17,055 bases of DNA from Promethearchaeota archaeon (GTDB lineage Archaea > Asgardarchaeota > Lokiarchaeia > Sigyniarchaeales > SOKP01), in NCBI GenBank assembly GCA_019057795.1, contig JAHLWS010000029.1, positions 1 through 17,055 of the forward strand. The letters are read 5' to 3'. Each line of letters begins with the position of its first letter. Within the stretch, counting starts at the first letter, position 1. The position numbers were made by a program, and so were the translations under genes. Positions 9,251 to 16,942 of the stretch are shown one piece after another. Under the pieces are notes generated by a model that was not told the origin of the DNA, made no database searches, and saw nothing but the letters and a program-made list of their open reading frames with translations.

Positions 9251-9562
9251 TTAAAATATTATAAATTCTGAACTCGAACTTAATTTATCGTGGAGATATA
9301 TTCTTGCTTTCCCCTTTATTTTATGTTGTATAATTAACGAATTACTTAATTTGTTAAATTCCCAAGAGAAATACTTTTCAGTACTATTAATAAAACAATA
9401 GCCGAATCTTGAACCTTTGATTAATTTTTTAAAATTGTCGTCTATTTGAGGTTGCTTTAAGTATGTTTCTGTTAAGTCGTCCTCTATCAAAATGATACTA
9501 ATACCTAAACTCGAAACCTGTTCAATTTTTTCTATTAAACTATTTATCCCATTAGTTTCCAC
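9251..9562 (-). CDS. Small hypothetical protein inside the effector operon (possible reduced Csx19-like subunit)
   Basis: 103 aa, GTG start preceded by AGGGGA; fills the gap between cas7 and cas10 with 20- and 27-nt spacers. No confident family. Confidence 0.6.
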   Translation of the reverse strand: METNGINSLIEKIEQVSSLGISIILIEDDLTETYLKQPQIDDNFKKLIKGSRFGYCFINSTEKYFSWEFNKLSNSLIIQHKIKGKARIYLHDKLSSSSEFIIF

Positions 9563-9582
9563 TTTTCATATCCCCTTATACC

Positions 9583-10521
9583 TTAAGTTGTAGGTTCATT
9601 AAAATTTCTTATAATACTGCTAAAATTCTTATTAATTCCCTCTTTTATACTACTAATAAACATACTAACATTGAGATCCTTCTCATTGAAACCAAGATTA
9701 TCATAAGTAAATTTCATTACTTTTTTAATGCCCAATTTTATTTTTCCGAATTGAATGATTTCTCCATTAGCATCCTTTTGTGGAGAAAATTTGTGCATGC
9801 CAACGCGCAACATCCCATCTTTATGAAGGTTCATTCCTATCATTAATAAAGCTAAATCTTCGGGAGTTCCATTATTCAAGTTGATGGTAAATGAAAATTG
9901 GCTGTCTGGGGGAACTACTCTCTTTCGGTCAGTATATTTCGCAACAATCTCTTTCCGTTCTAGTTGGATTTCATTTACAGGCATAGCATCTGAAAATATC
10001 ACCCGCGAAGCTGAATTCGTGTTTCCGAATAAATCACACACTTTGCATTGGTATTCTGGATATTTTCTCGTTTTCCAATCCCATTTGGTGTCTTCTTTAC
10101 CGCGTGCTTCGGGGAAGTTTGAGTAATTAAAAATATTCAAAAAATTACGGATTTCGTTAATGGGTTTTGGATTAGTTTGCTTAATGAAACAGGAATAGAT
10201 TTCACCGCGATCGTTTGCTTTAAACGAATGTTCTAGGAAAAACCTTATCATTCCTTTCAGGGTAGAACCCGGGATATACGCTTTTCCATCAAGTAAAATT
10301 GAAGAGGACAAAGGCTCTATATGGGTTTGAATTTTGGCAAGCTTTGAATCCAAATCTAGAAGATCCTCAAAATCTTTGTCCTCTATTTGAAAAATTTCGT
10401 CCTTGGAACTTCCAATAAACAGGTAATTATCCTCCATTACTCTAAGATTGACTTTAAATTGGTAAAACGGTTTTGAAAACAACTCCCTGCTACTATTTTT
10501 AATTTTTCTTAGTTTCAACAA
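9583..10521 (-). CDS. cas7: Cas7-group RAMP (Csm5-like capping subunit)
   Basis: YLFIGS, YIPGSTLKGMIR, CKVCDLFG, SRVIFSDA, RVGMHKF...FGKI. Confidence 0.85.
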   Translation of the reverse strand: MLKLRKIKNSSRELFSKPFYQFKVNLRVMEDNYLFIGSSKDEIFQIEDKDFEDLLDLDSKLAKIQTHIEPLSSSILLDGKAYIPGSTLKGMIRFFLEHSFKANDRGEIYSCFIKQTNPKPINEIRNFLNIFNYSNFPEARGKEDTKWDWKTRKYPEYQCKVCDLFGNTNSASRVIFSDAMPVNEIQLERKEIVAKYTDRKRVVPPDSQFSFTINLNNGTPEDLALLMIGMNLHKDGMLRVGMHKFSPQKDANGEIIQFGKIKLGIKKVMKFTYDNLGFNEKDLNVSMFISSIKEGINKNFSSIIRNFNEPTT

Positions 10522-11380
10522 ATTTACTCCATACCTCCATAAAGTTATTAATTAAAGCTTGACTAAACTCTTCTCGACTCTTTTGTTTCAATTCAGTTAA
10601 ATTAAATATTACGTCTCTATCAACTCCATTTCCGCCTGAGATACTACTGATTTTAAAAGTTTCTGATGGGTGATCAATTAACGATTTATAATCAATTACA
10701 TCAGAATCCTCAAGTTTTTTTACTTCAATTTTATCAATTAGTATTTTGACTTGTCCCAATCCTGCTCTTTTTTTCCCACCAATTAAAATTACATTCTTAT
10801 TTATTAAATAAATTACGTTGAACAGTAATCCTATCAAATAATTGGGAAGATTGTCAATTTTAATTTGAAAATTAAAGAAGGAACCCGGATTGATGTGTTC
10901 AACTGTAAAAATTCCCCCCCCCATAGTTGTCCCATCTATTCTATTTATTGCAATACCTGGGGCTGTGTCAAATTTAACCGCCGCTAAATCGATAGGTATA
11001 CAATCGTATAGAGTTACATTACTTGAATAGCTTAAACCCCCAAAAATTTTACAAGCTATACATAAATTGTTAATTTCATGCCTAATCTTTTCTACATTTT
11101 TATCTCTAGTTGCGTAAGATATTTCTTTACTAATTTCTGAGCACGAACTTCTTCTTGCTAACATACATGTATAAATTCCTAAAGATTTTAGTATAAATTC
11201 TATTGAAGATCGAAATATCCCTTTCAAAGAAGATCCTGGGATATAGGGAAGATCAATATTTCCCATTTTTATTCGAATTAAAACACTTTCTGATCCCTCA
11301 AAATTAGCTTCAGCATTACCGCTTCCCACATGAACCCTACCTATTGTTTCGAGTATCCCCGAGATTCTAACTGATCGCAT
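10499..11380 (-). CDS. cas7: Cas7-group RAMP (Csx7 family)
   Basis: VHVGSG, PYIPGSSLKGIFRS, CIACKIFG, GIAINR, IGGKKRAGLG; the true start may be an in-frame CTG at 11407. Confidence 0.92.
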   Translation of the reverse strand: MRSVRISGILETIGRVHVGSGNAEANFEGSESVLIRIKMGNIDLPYIPGSSLKGIFRSSIEFILKSLGIYTCMLARRSSCSEISKEISYATRDKNVEKIRHEINNLCIACKIFGGLSYSSNVTLYDCIPIDLAAVKFDTAPGIAINRIDGTTMGGGIFTVEHINPGSFFNFQIKIDNLPNYLIGLLFNVIYLINKNVILIGGKKRAGLGQVKILIDKIEVKKLEDSDVIDYKSLIDHPSETFKISSISGGNGVDRDVIFNLTELKQKSREEFSQALINNFMEVWSKFVETKKN

Positions 11381-11412
11381 GAATTCACTATGATCTAAAT
11401 AAGTCAGAGTTA

Positions 11413-12192
11413 TTAATCACCTAAAAATTTAAGTAGATCTATAGCTTGGATATTATAAAACTCGTGAAGGTCTTCAGGTCTTATCTCTATTATCTTCGCA
11501 TCTGCAATCTTAATGTTTCCTAAACCCGTAGATCTCTTTCCCCCTACATAAATCCATCCTTCTAGTAATTTTTTTAGGAGAAATTTAATCGCGCGCGTTA
11601 TTATATTGTCTTCTTTTAAATCGATATTAATAATTTGTAGCTCAAAGCTAAAAATTCCACCTGGTTGCAAGGACTCTACTGGGAAAACAGCGCCCCTTTG
11701 AGCCGCACCAGTTATACGATTTATCGCAACTCCTGGTTTATTTTTTATTCCTGGAAACTTATCCATGTCCAATATAGCATCTGACACAATTATATGCGAG
11801 CCTACTTGAGAATTACCAAATATCCGACAAGCTAAACATATATTTTCGATTTCTTTCGTGTTGCAACTATTTCTGTTTTCATAGACATAGCAAACATTCT
11901 GAAAATGCTCAGGTTTATAAGTTTTCTCTTGAATTTTTAAATATTTCTCAATTTCAGTTCTAAATATACCTTTTAAGCTAGATCCTGGGATATAAGGTAC
12001 ATCAGTATTTCCAATCTTTAACCGTATTAAAGGGTTATCAATTGAAAACTCTGCTTCTATCCCTCCTGCTCCAACATGTAATTGAGAAATGTTAATTATA
12101 TTTCCTTTAATAACATATCTACAATCAAATTGTGCAAAATTATCTGGTTTTTTTAATATATGATTATCATTATAATCTTCTGTTTTTTCCAT
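11413..12192 (-). CDS. cas7: Cas7-group RAMP (Csm3/Csx7 backbone, catalytic Asp retained)
   Basis: LHVGAG...IDNPLIR, PYIPGSSLKGIFR, CLACRIFG, VSDA, VGGKRSTGLG; GGTGAGG SD upstream. Confidence 0.93.
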   Translation of the reverse strand: MEKTEDYNDNHILKKPDNFAQFDCRYVIKGNIINISQLHVGAGGIEAEFSIDNPLIRLKIGNTDVPYIPGSSLKGIFRTEIEKYLKIQEKTYKPEHFQNVCYVYENRNSCNTKEIENICLACRIFGNSQVGSHIIVSDAILDMDKFPGIKNKPGVAINRITGAAQRGAVFPVESLQPGGIFSFELQIINIDLKEDNIITRAIKFLLKKLLEGWIYVGGKRSTGLGNIKIADAKIIEIRPEDLHEFYNIQAIDLLKFLGD

Positions 12193-12209
12193 TATAACCT
12201 CACCACGAT

Positions 12210-12644
12210 TTAATGTCGTTTTCTCTTTCTTAAAGCAGAACTTTGAAAACTACTAATTATTGATTTAAATGCGTTTTCAAGATTTATATCACCAAATAAA
12301 TTTATATTTTTAACAGCTTCAAAAAGCCACTTTAATAAGCCTAAATATTCTCGAACTTGCCGTTTTTTTTCGATATCTTGTATTTCTTTATTCCCTACTC
12401 TTTGCTCTAGCATAATATTTTTTAAAGTTTCAACGATAGTCGCAGTTGATGCGTTTTTAAAATATTTTCTTTCCCTCTGTTTCATAACAAACGCCATTAT
12501 AAGCATAATTGTGTTTTCGATATCTCTTTTTAAATTAGTGTTATAAATACCTAACAATTGATTCACTTGGTTATTTTTAACTCGATCTTGTTTACATAAG
12601 ATAGCTGCTAAACTTGCTCTGTTAAATATTTCTTTATACTCCAT
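12210..12644 (-). CDS. csm2: Small subunit Cas11 (Csm2-like, type III-D)
   Basis: 144 aa, predicted all-helical, with FVMKQRER and REYLGLLKWLFEA motifs; first effector gene, as in Sulfolobales III-D loci. Confidence 0.78.
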   Translation of the reverse strand: MEYKEIFNRASLAAILCKQDRVKNNQVNQLLGIYNTNLKRDIENTIMLIMAFVMKQRERKYFKNASTATIVETLKNIMLEQRVGNKEIQDIEKKRQVREYLGLLKWLFEAVKNINLFGDINLENAFKSIISSFQSSALRKRKRH

Positions 12645-12796
12645 TAAATTTCCTCTTTTTTTTTATTGGTAAATATCTATTGGATTTTATTATTTTTAAA
12701 TCTTTTATAAAAATGTCAAATCTAAGTAATTTTACAGTAACCATTCAATATAAATACATTTCTTCGATCATGTTAAAAGAAGAGCTACCATTACTG

Positions 12797-13003
12797 TTAA
12801 AACCCTCCCCCTTGTATTTTAATTATCATACCTTCTTCCCAGATATTATGTAATTCTTCAGATTTTATAGATACATCGTATATCTGACCGCATTCTAAAC
12901 AAATATCTTCTTCAATAAATTCAAGACAGTTAGGACACATAAAAAATTGCCCAAACTCTTTAGACTCGTACACAAAAACCGCTCTGGAATATAAAATTGT
13001 CAA
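12797..13003 (-). CDS. Small zinc-ribbon protein (CxxC-x8-CxxC)
   Basis: 68 aa, CPNC...CLECG; strong GAGGTGA SD upstream of the TTG start. Confidence 0.72.
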   Translation of the reverse strand: MTILYSRAVFVYESKEFGQFFMCPNCLEFIEEDICLECGQIYDVSIKSEELHNIWEEGMIIKIQGGGF

Positions 13004-13026
13004 TCTTGTTTTTTCACCTCTATTAA

Positions 13027-13203
13027 TTAACTAATTCTTATTTTTAACGAATATTTTGTCTGAAGCTTTTTTTTATTAACAGGATCGATACCACAACCCT
13101 CTGAAAGTTCCTGGTATATGCTTCTTTCCACCCATTTTTCAAATAATCTCTTTGCGTATATGCTGGATTTAGAACTGTCTTTCTGAATTTTTTTTTCGCT
13201 CAT
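13027..13203 (-). CDS. Small basic hypothetical protein, probably leaderless
   Basis: ATG at 13203 lies about 23 nt downstream of a TTTAAATA box (13233-13226), giving 58 aa; followed directly by the SD of the Zn-ribbon gene. Confidence 0.5.
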   Translation of the reverse strand: MSEKKIQKDSSKSSIYAKRLFEKWVERSIYQELSEGCGIDPVNKKKLQTKYSLKIRIS

Positions 13204-13225
13204 AAATAACAAATGATCATTCTCA

Positions 13226-13254
13226 TATTTAAATGTTTCTCACCTTGATATGAG
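13226..13254 (-). promoter_or_regulatory. Archaeal promoter (TTTAAATA) with adjacent CTCA-N8-TGAG operator A (13239-13254)
   Basis: Minus strand reads CTCAtatcaaggTGAG-aaaca-TTTAAATA. Confidence 0.72.
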
Positions 13255-13281
13255 TTTTTCCCCAAAATTACATTTCCATAG

Positions 13282-13297
13282 CTCAGTACTTTATGAG
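13282..13297. promoter_or_regulatory. Palindromic operator B, CTCA-N8-TGAG
   Basis: CTCAgtactttaTGAG. Confidence 0.68.
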
Positions 13298-13400
13298 GGA
13301 AACCAGTATTACGAAAATCCAATATATGGTTATATAAGCATTTTAAGTCAACAATTCTAAAATTACTCGCCTAAAAAAACAAATATTATTCTCACACTAA

Positions 13401-13416
13401 CACATAATACTATGAG
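13401..13416. promoter_or_regulatory. Degenerate operator C, CACA-N8-TGAG
   Basis: CACAtaatactaTGAG, one mismatch to the consensus. Confidence 0.4.
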
Positions 13417-13542
13417 AAGAAAAATAAATCGATTAAGGAATTTATGCAACAGAAACTATAAAATTGTGCCCAAAACCTCTCGTGGTACGAGCACTTAATA
13501 AGAGTAACATTTGTTCTCATCTCTATATTGTCATCAATAGAG

Positions 13543-14196
13543 TTAAATCCAAATTATTTTTCTCCCACTGAAATAACAACGCCTAAGGTTATATTCTGTG
13601 CTCAGATTTAAGAGAGCGATAGAAACCGGTTTTGTACCACCTGTTATTTCACAGACAATTTCGTAATTTTTGATCTCTTCTTTAAAAATCTTTTCTAACT
13701 CTTCATAAATTTGCTGATAATTTTCTCTTAGAACTTTTTGATAATCGAATTCTCTCACAACAATTTCTACTTCTTCGTATTTGCTTTTATCTAATTTACT
13801 AAACTCCTCGTGGTAATCTGGGCTTGTGAATAACACGTATTTTCTCGGGATGATACTAATCTCTTCAAAAGCTGCGAGAACGTCATTGAACAGCGTAGGA
13901 ATTCCTAACCCACCAATAAGGCAAATTGGAACAGTTTTTTTATAATAGTTCCTTAATGGCTGTCTTGCGATTGCATTTAACGTATAAGAACCTCTTTCCG
14001 TTTTTTCTAGCATACCATCTTTTACTAATCTTTTAAGATGATGATCCGCGCGTTTTGACATGTTTTTATTAATAAGATAGCTGCTAATTTCATTGAATTC
14101 GTAAATTTCTTTGCTATCGTCTTCAAGAAACATTAAAATAATTTTTTCTCTATTTTTATCCTCAAAACTTTTTTCAATTGTTCTTTTCTCTATCAT
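13543..14196 (-). CDS. wHTH-CARF transcriptional regulator (Csa3-like domains in reversed order)
   Basis: N-terminal winged helix (FNEISSYL...ADHHLKRLVKDGMLEKTERGSYTL); C-terminal CARF (CLIGGLG, KYVLFTS, CEITGGTKPVSIAL, RCYFS). Confidence 0.88.
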   Translation of the reverse strand: MIEKRTIEKSFEDKNREKIILMFLEDDSKEIYEFNEISSYLINKNMSKRADHHLKRLVKDGMLEKTERGSYTLNAIARQPLRNYYKKTVPICLIGGLGIPTLFNDVLAAFEEISIIPRKYVLFTSPDYHEEFSKLDKSKYEEVEIVVREFDYQKVLRENYQQIYEELEKIFKEEIKNYEIVCEITGGTKPVSIALLNLSTEYNLRRCYFSGRKIIWI

Positions 14197-14319
14197 TTTT
14201 AAAAGTTTTATATCAATTCATTTTAACATGTATAAATCTCATTATCTCATAATGGTCAAAAACCTTAAATAGTTTTATTTCGTAATTTATTAATCGCTTA
14301 AGAATTGCTAAAATATATA

Positions 14320-14337
14320 TCTCATACAATAATGAGA
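14320..14337. promoter_or_regulatory. Palindromic operator D, TCTCAT-N6-ATGAGA
   Basis: TCTCATacaataATGAGA; a minus-strand TTTAAATA lies at 14346-14339, immediately beside it. Confidence 0.7.
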
Positions 14338-14466
14338 CTATTTAAAGTTATGTAAAAAAAAACAAAAAAATTCAGTTAAATTGCATAACGAGTATATTTA
14401 TATGGCTTTATTACTTCAACTATTCTCCAAAAATCTAAAATAGTTGTTTAATCCAAAAATCTAGAA

Positions 14467-14495
14467 TCTCATCAATTTATGAGAAAGTTTAAATA
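14467..14495 (+). promoter_or_regulatory. Operator E (14467-14484) plus TATA box (14488-14495) of the crn2-cas2-cas1-cas4 operon
   Basis: TCTCATcaatttATGAGA-aag-TTTAAATA. Confidence 0.74.
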
Positions 14496-14577
14496 TCTTA
14501 ATTTTTATTATCATATTAAATACAATATTCTTTCTACTTGGAGGGTAAAAGATAAGAAATCATTCAAAACTTAGGAG

Positions 14578-14925
14578 ATGTTAATGACAGAACAAAAATC
14601 ACAAGTTCTTAAAATAGATTATATTTTGAACGCTCCAATCTTAACGAATTGGGGCGTATACAAGTATTTTTTATATTCTCATAAAACCAGCAACTTGGAA
14701 CTATCTAACGCAATTTCCGCCGTAGGACACGCTTCAACCGCAAAATTAATGTCGAAACTTTTAAATTATCCGATTAAAGTCAATAGAATTAAAATACAAA
14801 TGAAAGTTGGAGAAACTGCGTTAGTGTTTTCTCTTAAAGATAGACAACCAGAAGGTATCGTCTTGAGTTTGAAAGATATTAAAAAATTAAAATACAAATT
14901 AGGTATATTAAAAAGGGTTAAATAA
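14578..14925 (+). CDS. crn2: DUF1874 / AcrIII-1-family cA4 ring nuclease (Crn2)
   Basis: YILNAPIL, SAVGHASTA (catalytic GH), VNRI, RQPEG motifs; 115 aa; AGGAG SD favours the ATG at 14584. Confidence 0.92.
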   Translation: MLMTEQKSQVLKIDYILNAPILTNWGVYKYFLYSHKTSNLELSNAISAVGHASTAKLMSKLLNYPIKVNRIKIQMKVGETALVFSLKDRQPEGIVLSLKDIKKLKYKLGILKRVK

Positions 14926-15039
14926 ACATATTTTTTATTTGATGGAAGCACTTAAGAAAATCGTCCAACCACTTGAAATTAGAGTTTTGAATAATAACCC
15001 AAAAGACTTAATGTAAAATGGATTAGAAGGTGAAAAAGC

Positions 15040-15302
15040 ATATTTATTGTAGCTTATGATATTTCAGACAATAAAAGGTTGCGAGTAATTGCAAAGATTT
15101 GCGAAAATTATTTAATACGAGTACAAAAGTCTGTTTTTGAGGGAGAATTGAGTAAAAGTCAATTATACGCTCTGAAAAAAGATTTGAAAAAAGAAATAAA
15201 TAAAGAGGAAGACTTGTTATGGTTTATTTTATAAGGCGTACTTCAATAAGAAAAAAAATACAATTAGGGAGAAAAGTTGAAGATCCCTTTGTCATATTTT
15301 AA
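15040..15302 (+). pseudogene. cas2: cas2, frameshifted and with an ATA start (missed by the ORF track)
   Basis: AGGTGA SD at 15028-15033, then ATA-FIVAYDISDNKRLRVIAKICENYLIRVQKSVFEGEL...EED. That frame stops at 15232-15234; the Cas2-like tail VMVYFIRRTSIRKKIQLGRKVEDPFVIF* is in the -1 frame (15216-15302). One base is missing at about 15214-15215; the repaired length is 87 aa. Confidence 0.88.
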
Positions 15303-15343
15303 TTTAAAATATATTAATAGTGGATTAAAATGGTGAAAATTAG

Positions 15344-16363
15344 ATGAAAGAAATGTTATACATTATGAATTCTAATGTTGAACTCTTAAAATCTAAAAAT
15401 ATTATAAAATGCTTAAGACCAGATCCAGATGAGCCAGGTAAATTTAAATTGCAAATGATTCCAATCTCCCGATTGAATTCTATTGAAGTATATGGAAATG
15501 TTAAAATTTCAACTCCGCTGTTAAAATTATGTAATAAAGTCAAAATTCCATGCTATTTTAATACTTATTATGGTGTTCCGATAGGCAAATTTGTCCCTGA
15601 AAATTCGAGGTCAAGCGTAATTCGATTGAAGCAATATGAAACCTTTCTTAATACGCAAAAAAAATTACATATAGCAAAAGCGATTGTAAGTAAAGCGACT
15701 CAAGAACGAAATATTATTTTACTAAAATACGATAAGAACAAAACAATTAAGAAAAACATATCTAGAATAACTCAGTATGTAAAAAAAATAAGCGGAGTAA
15801 AAAGCGTCTCAGAACTTCGCGGAATCGAAGGGAATATTATGAAAAATTATTTCGAATGTTTTTCAAAATTACTTTATCATTTACCATTTAATGGAAGATC
15901 ACAACGTCCACCGAAAGATGAAGGGAATTCTATTTTAAGTTTCGGTAATGTTTTATTATATAACACTGTTCGCTCTGAAGTTTATAGATCCGCCCTTGAT
16001 CCATTGGTAGGGTTTCTACACGAACCCCATGAAAATAGAGCGTCTTTAGCACTTGATATAGCAGAAATATTTCGTCCAATAATCGTAGATAATTTGATAT
16101 TACATCTTGACCATAAAAAAAATCTTTTAACAAATCATTTTGATAGGGACGAAATGAAATGTTATTTGAACCAAAAAGGGAAAAAGATTTGGATAAAACA
16201 GTTTAAAGAGCGACTGCGATCATCTATAAGATATACGCCACTTAAGCGAAACATTGCAATTCAAGAAGAAATAAAACTTGAATGTTATAATCTTATAAAA
16301 TACATTTCAGGAGAAAAGAAAGAATATATTCCAATTAACTTCAATAATTATTTGAGGTATTAA
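15344..16363 (+). CDS. cas1: Cas1 integrase (I-B-like)
   Basis: LRGIEG, RSQRPPKD..NSILSFGN, GFLHEP, SLALDIAEIFRP; catalytic E/H/E present. Confidence 0.97.
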   Translation: MKEMLYIMNSNVELLKSKNIIKCLRPDPDEPGKFKLQMIPISRLNSIEVYGNVKISTPLLKLCNKVKIPCYFNTYYGVPIGKFVPENSRSSVIRLKQYETFLNTQKKLHIAKAIVSKATQERNIILLKYDKNKTIKKNISRITQYVKKISGVKSVSELRGIEGNIMKNYFECFSKLLYHLPFNGRSQRPPKDEGNSILSFGNVLLYNTVRSEVYRSALDPLVGFLHEPHENRASLALDIAEIFRPIIVDNLILHLDHKKNLLTNHFDRDEMKCYLNQKGKKIWIKQFKERLRSSIRYTPLKRNIAIQEEIKLECYNLIKYISGEKKEYIPINFNNYLRY

Positions 16364-16920
16364 TGATAATCATGTTTACACACCAATATATTGAACCACA
16401 CCAAGTAAATGCGTTTGCATATTGCAAAAGGAAATGGTACTATCAGAACAGGTTAAAATTACAAATTATTAACGATCACATGGAAATTGGGTCCTACATT
16501 AAAGAGCACCATTGGATGAAAACCATCAAACGAAAGGAAATCTATCTCATGTCTAATAAATGGAAATTAAAAGGAATGTGTGATTATATAATTGAAGAAA
16601 ATGGTTTCCAAATTCCTATAGAAATCAAAAAAGGCAAGTGTTCTGCTGTAAAACCCTACAAAAACGATGTAATGCAATTATTATGTTATGTGTTATTATT
16701 AGAAGAAAATTTAGGAATCAAATACACACATGGATATATTCTTTACGTAGGATCAAAACGGAAATTCACGGTAAATATCACACCTAACTTGAGAAAGAAA
16801 ATACAAAATTACTTCAAAGAGATTAAATCTTATTTACGGAACGGAAAAATGCCAGAACTTCAAAGCAACAAAATTTGTTGTGTAGGATGTTCTTTTGAAG
16901 AATATTGTTGGTTTGAATAA
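16363..16920 (+). CDS. cas4: Cas4 RecB-like nuclease
   Basis: YCKRKWY, GMCDY, PIEIKKG, QLLCY, C-terminal CxxCxxxxxC; TAATG coupling to cas1. Confidence 0.95.
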   Translation: MIIMFTHQYIEPHQVNAFAYCKRKWYYQNRLKLQIINDHMEIGSYIKEHHWMKTIKRKEIYLMSNKWKLKGMCDYIIEENGFQIPIEIKKGKCSAVKPYKNDVMQLLCYVLLLEENLGIKYTHGYILYVGSKRKFTVNITPNLRKKIQNYFKEIKSYLRNGKMPELQSNKICCVGCSFEEYCWFE

Positions 16921-16942
16921 GCTAACGATGAAAAGAAGAATG

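Noticed and set aside
4243-10126. ORFs 4243-4437, 4383-4574, 4513-4923, 6188-6385, 8916-9170, 9881-10126
   Set aside because: Lie within well-supported cas genes, antisense or out of frame.
13412-13498. 28-codon basic plus-strand ORF (MRRKINRLRNLCNR...)
   Set aside because: No clear SD, too short, and expected by chance; its ATG is part of operator C.
13479-13542. Short hairpins downstream of the wHTH-CARF gene as terminators
   Set aside because: Stems are short or bulged, and archaeal terminators are mainly oligo-T; not distinguishable from chance.
14578-14925. DUF1874 gene as a viral anti-CRISPR (AcrIII-1) indicating a provirus
   Set aside because: No viral genes nearby and it heads the cas2-cas1-cas4 operon, so host Crn2 is the simpler reading.
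14942-15016. 24-codon ORF between crn2 and cas2
   Set aside because: No SD or motif; cannot be supported.
15184-15234. Programmed -1 frameshift rescuing cas2
   Set aside because: The A-run at 15187-15192 is followed by a TAA in the -1 frame (15201-15203), and no slippery heptamer lies between 15204 and the stop.
14766-16133. Minus-strand ORFs 14766-14951, 15340-15543, 15930-16133
   Set aside because: Antisense to crn2 and cas1.
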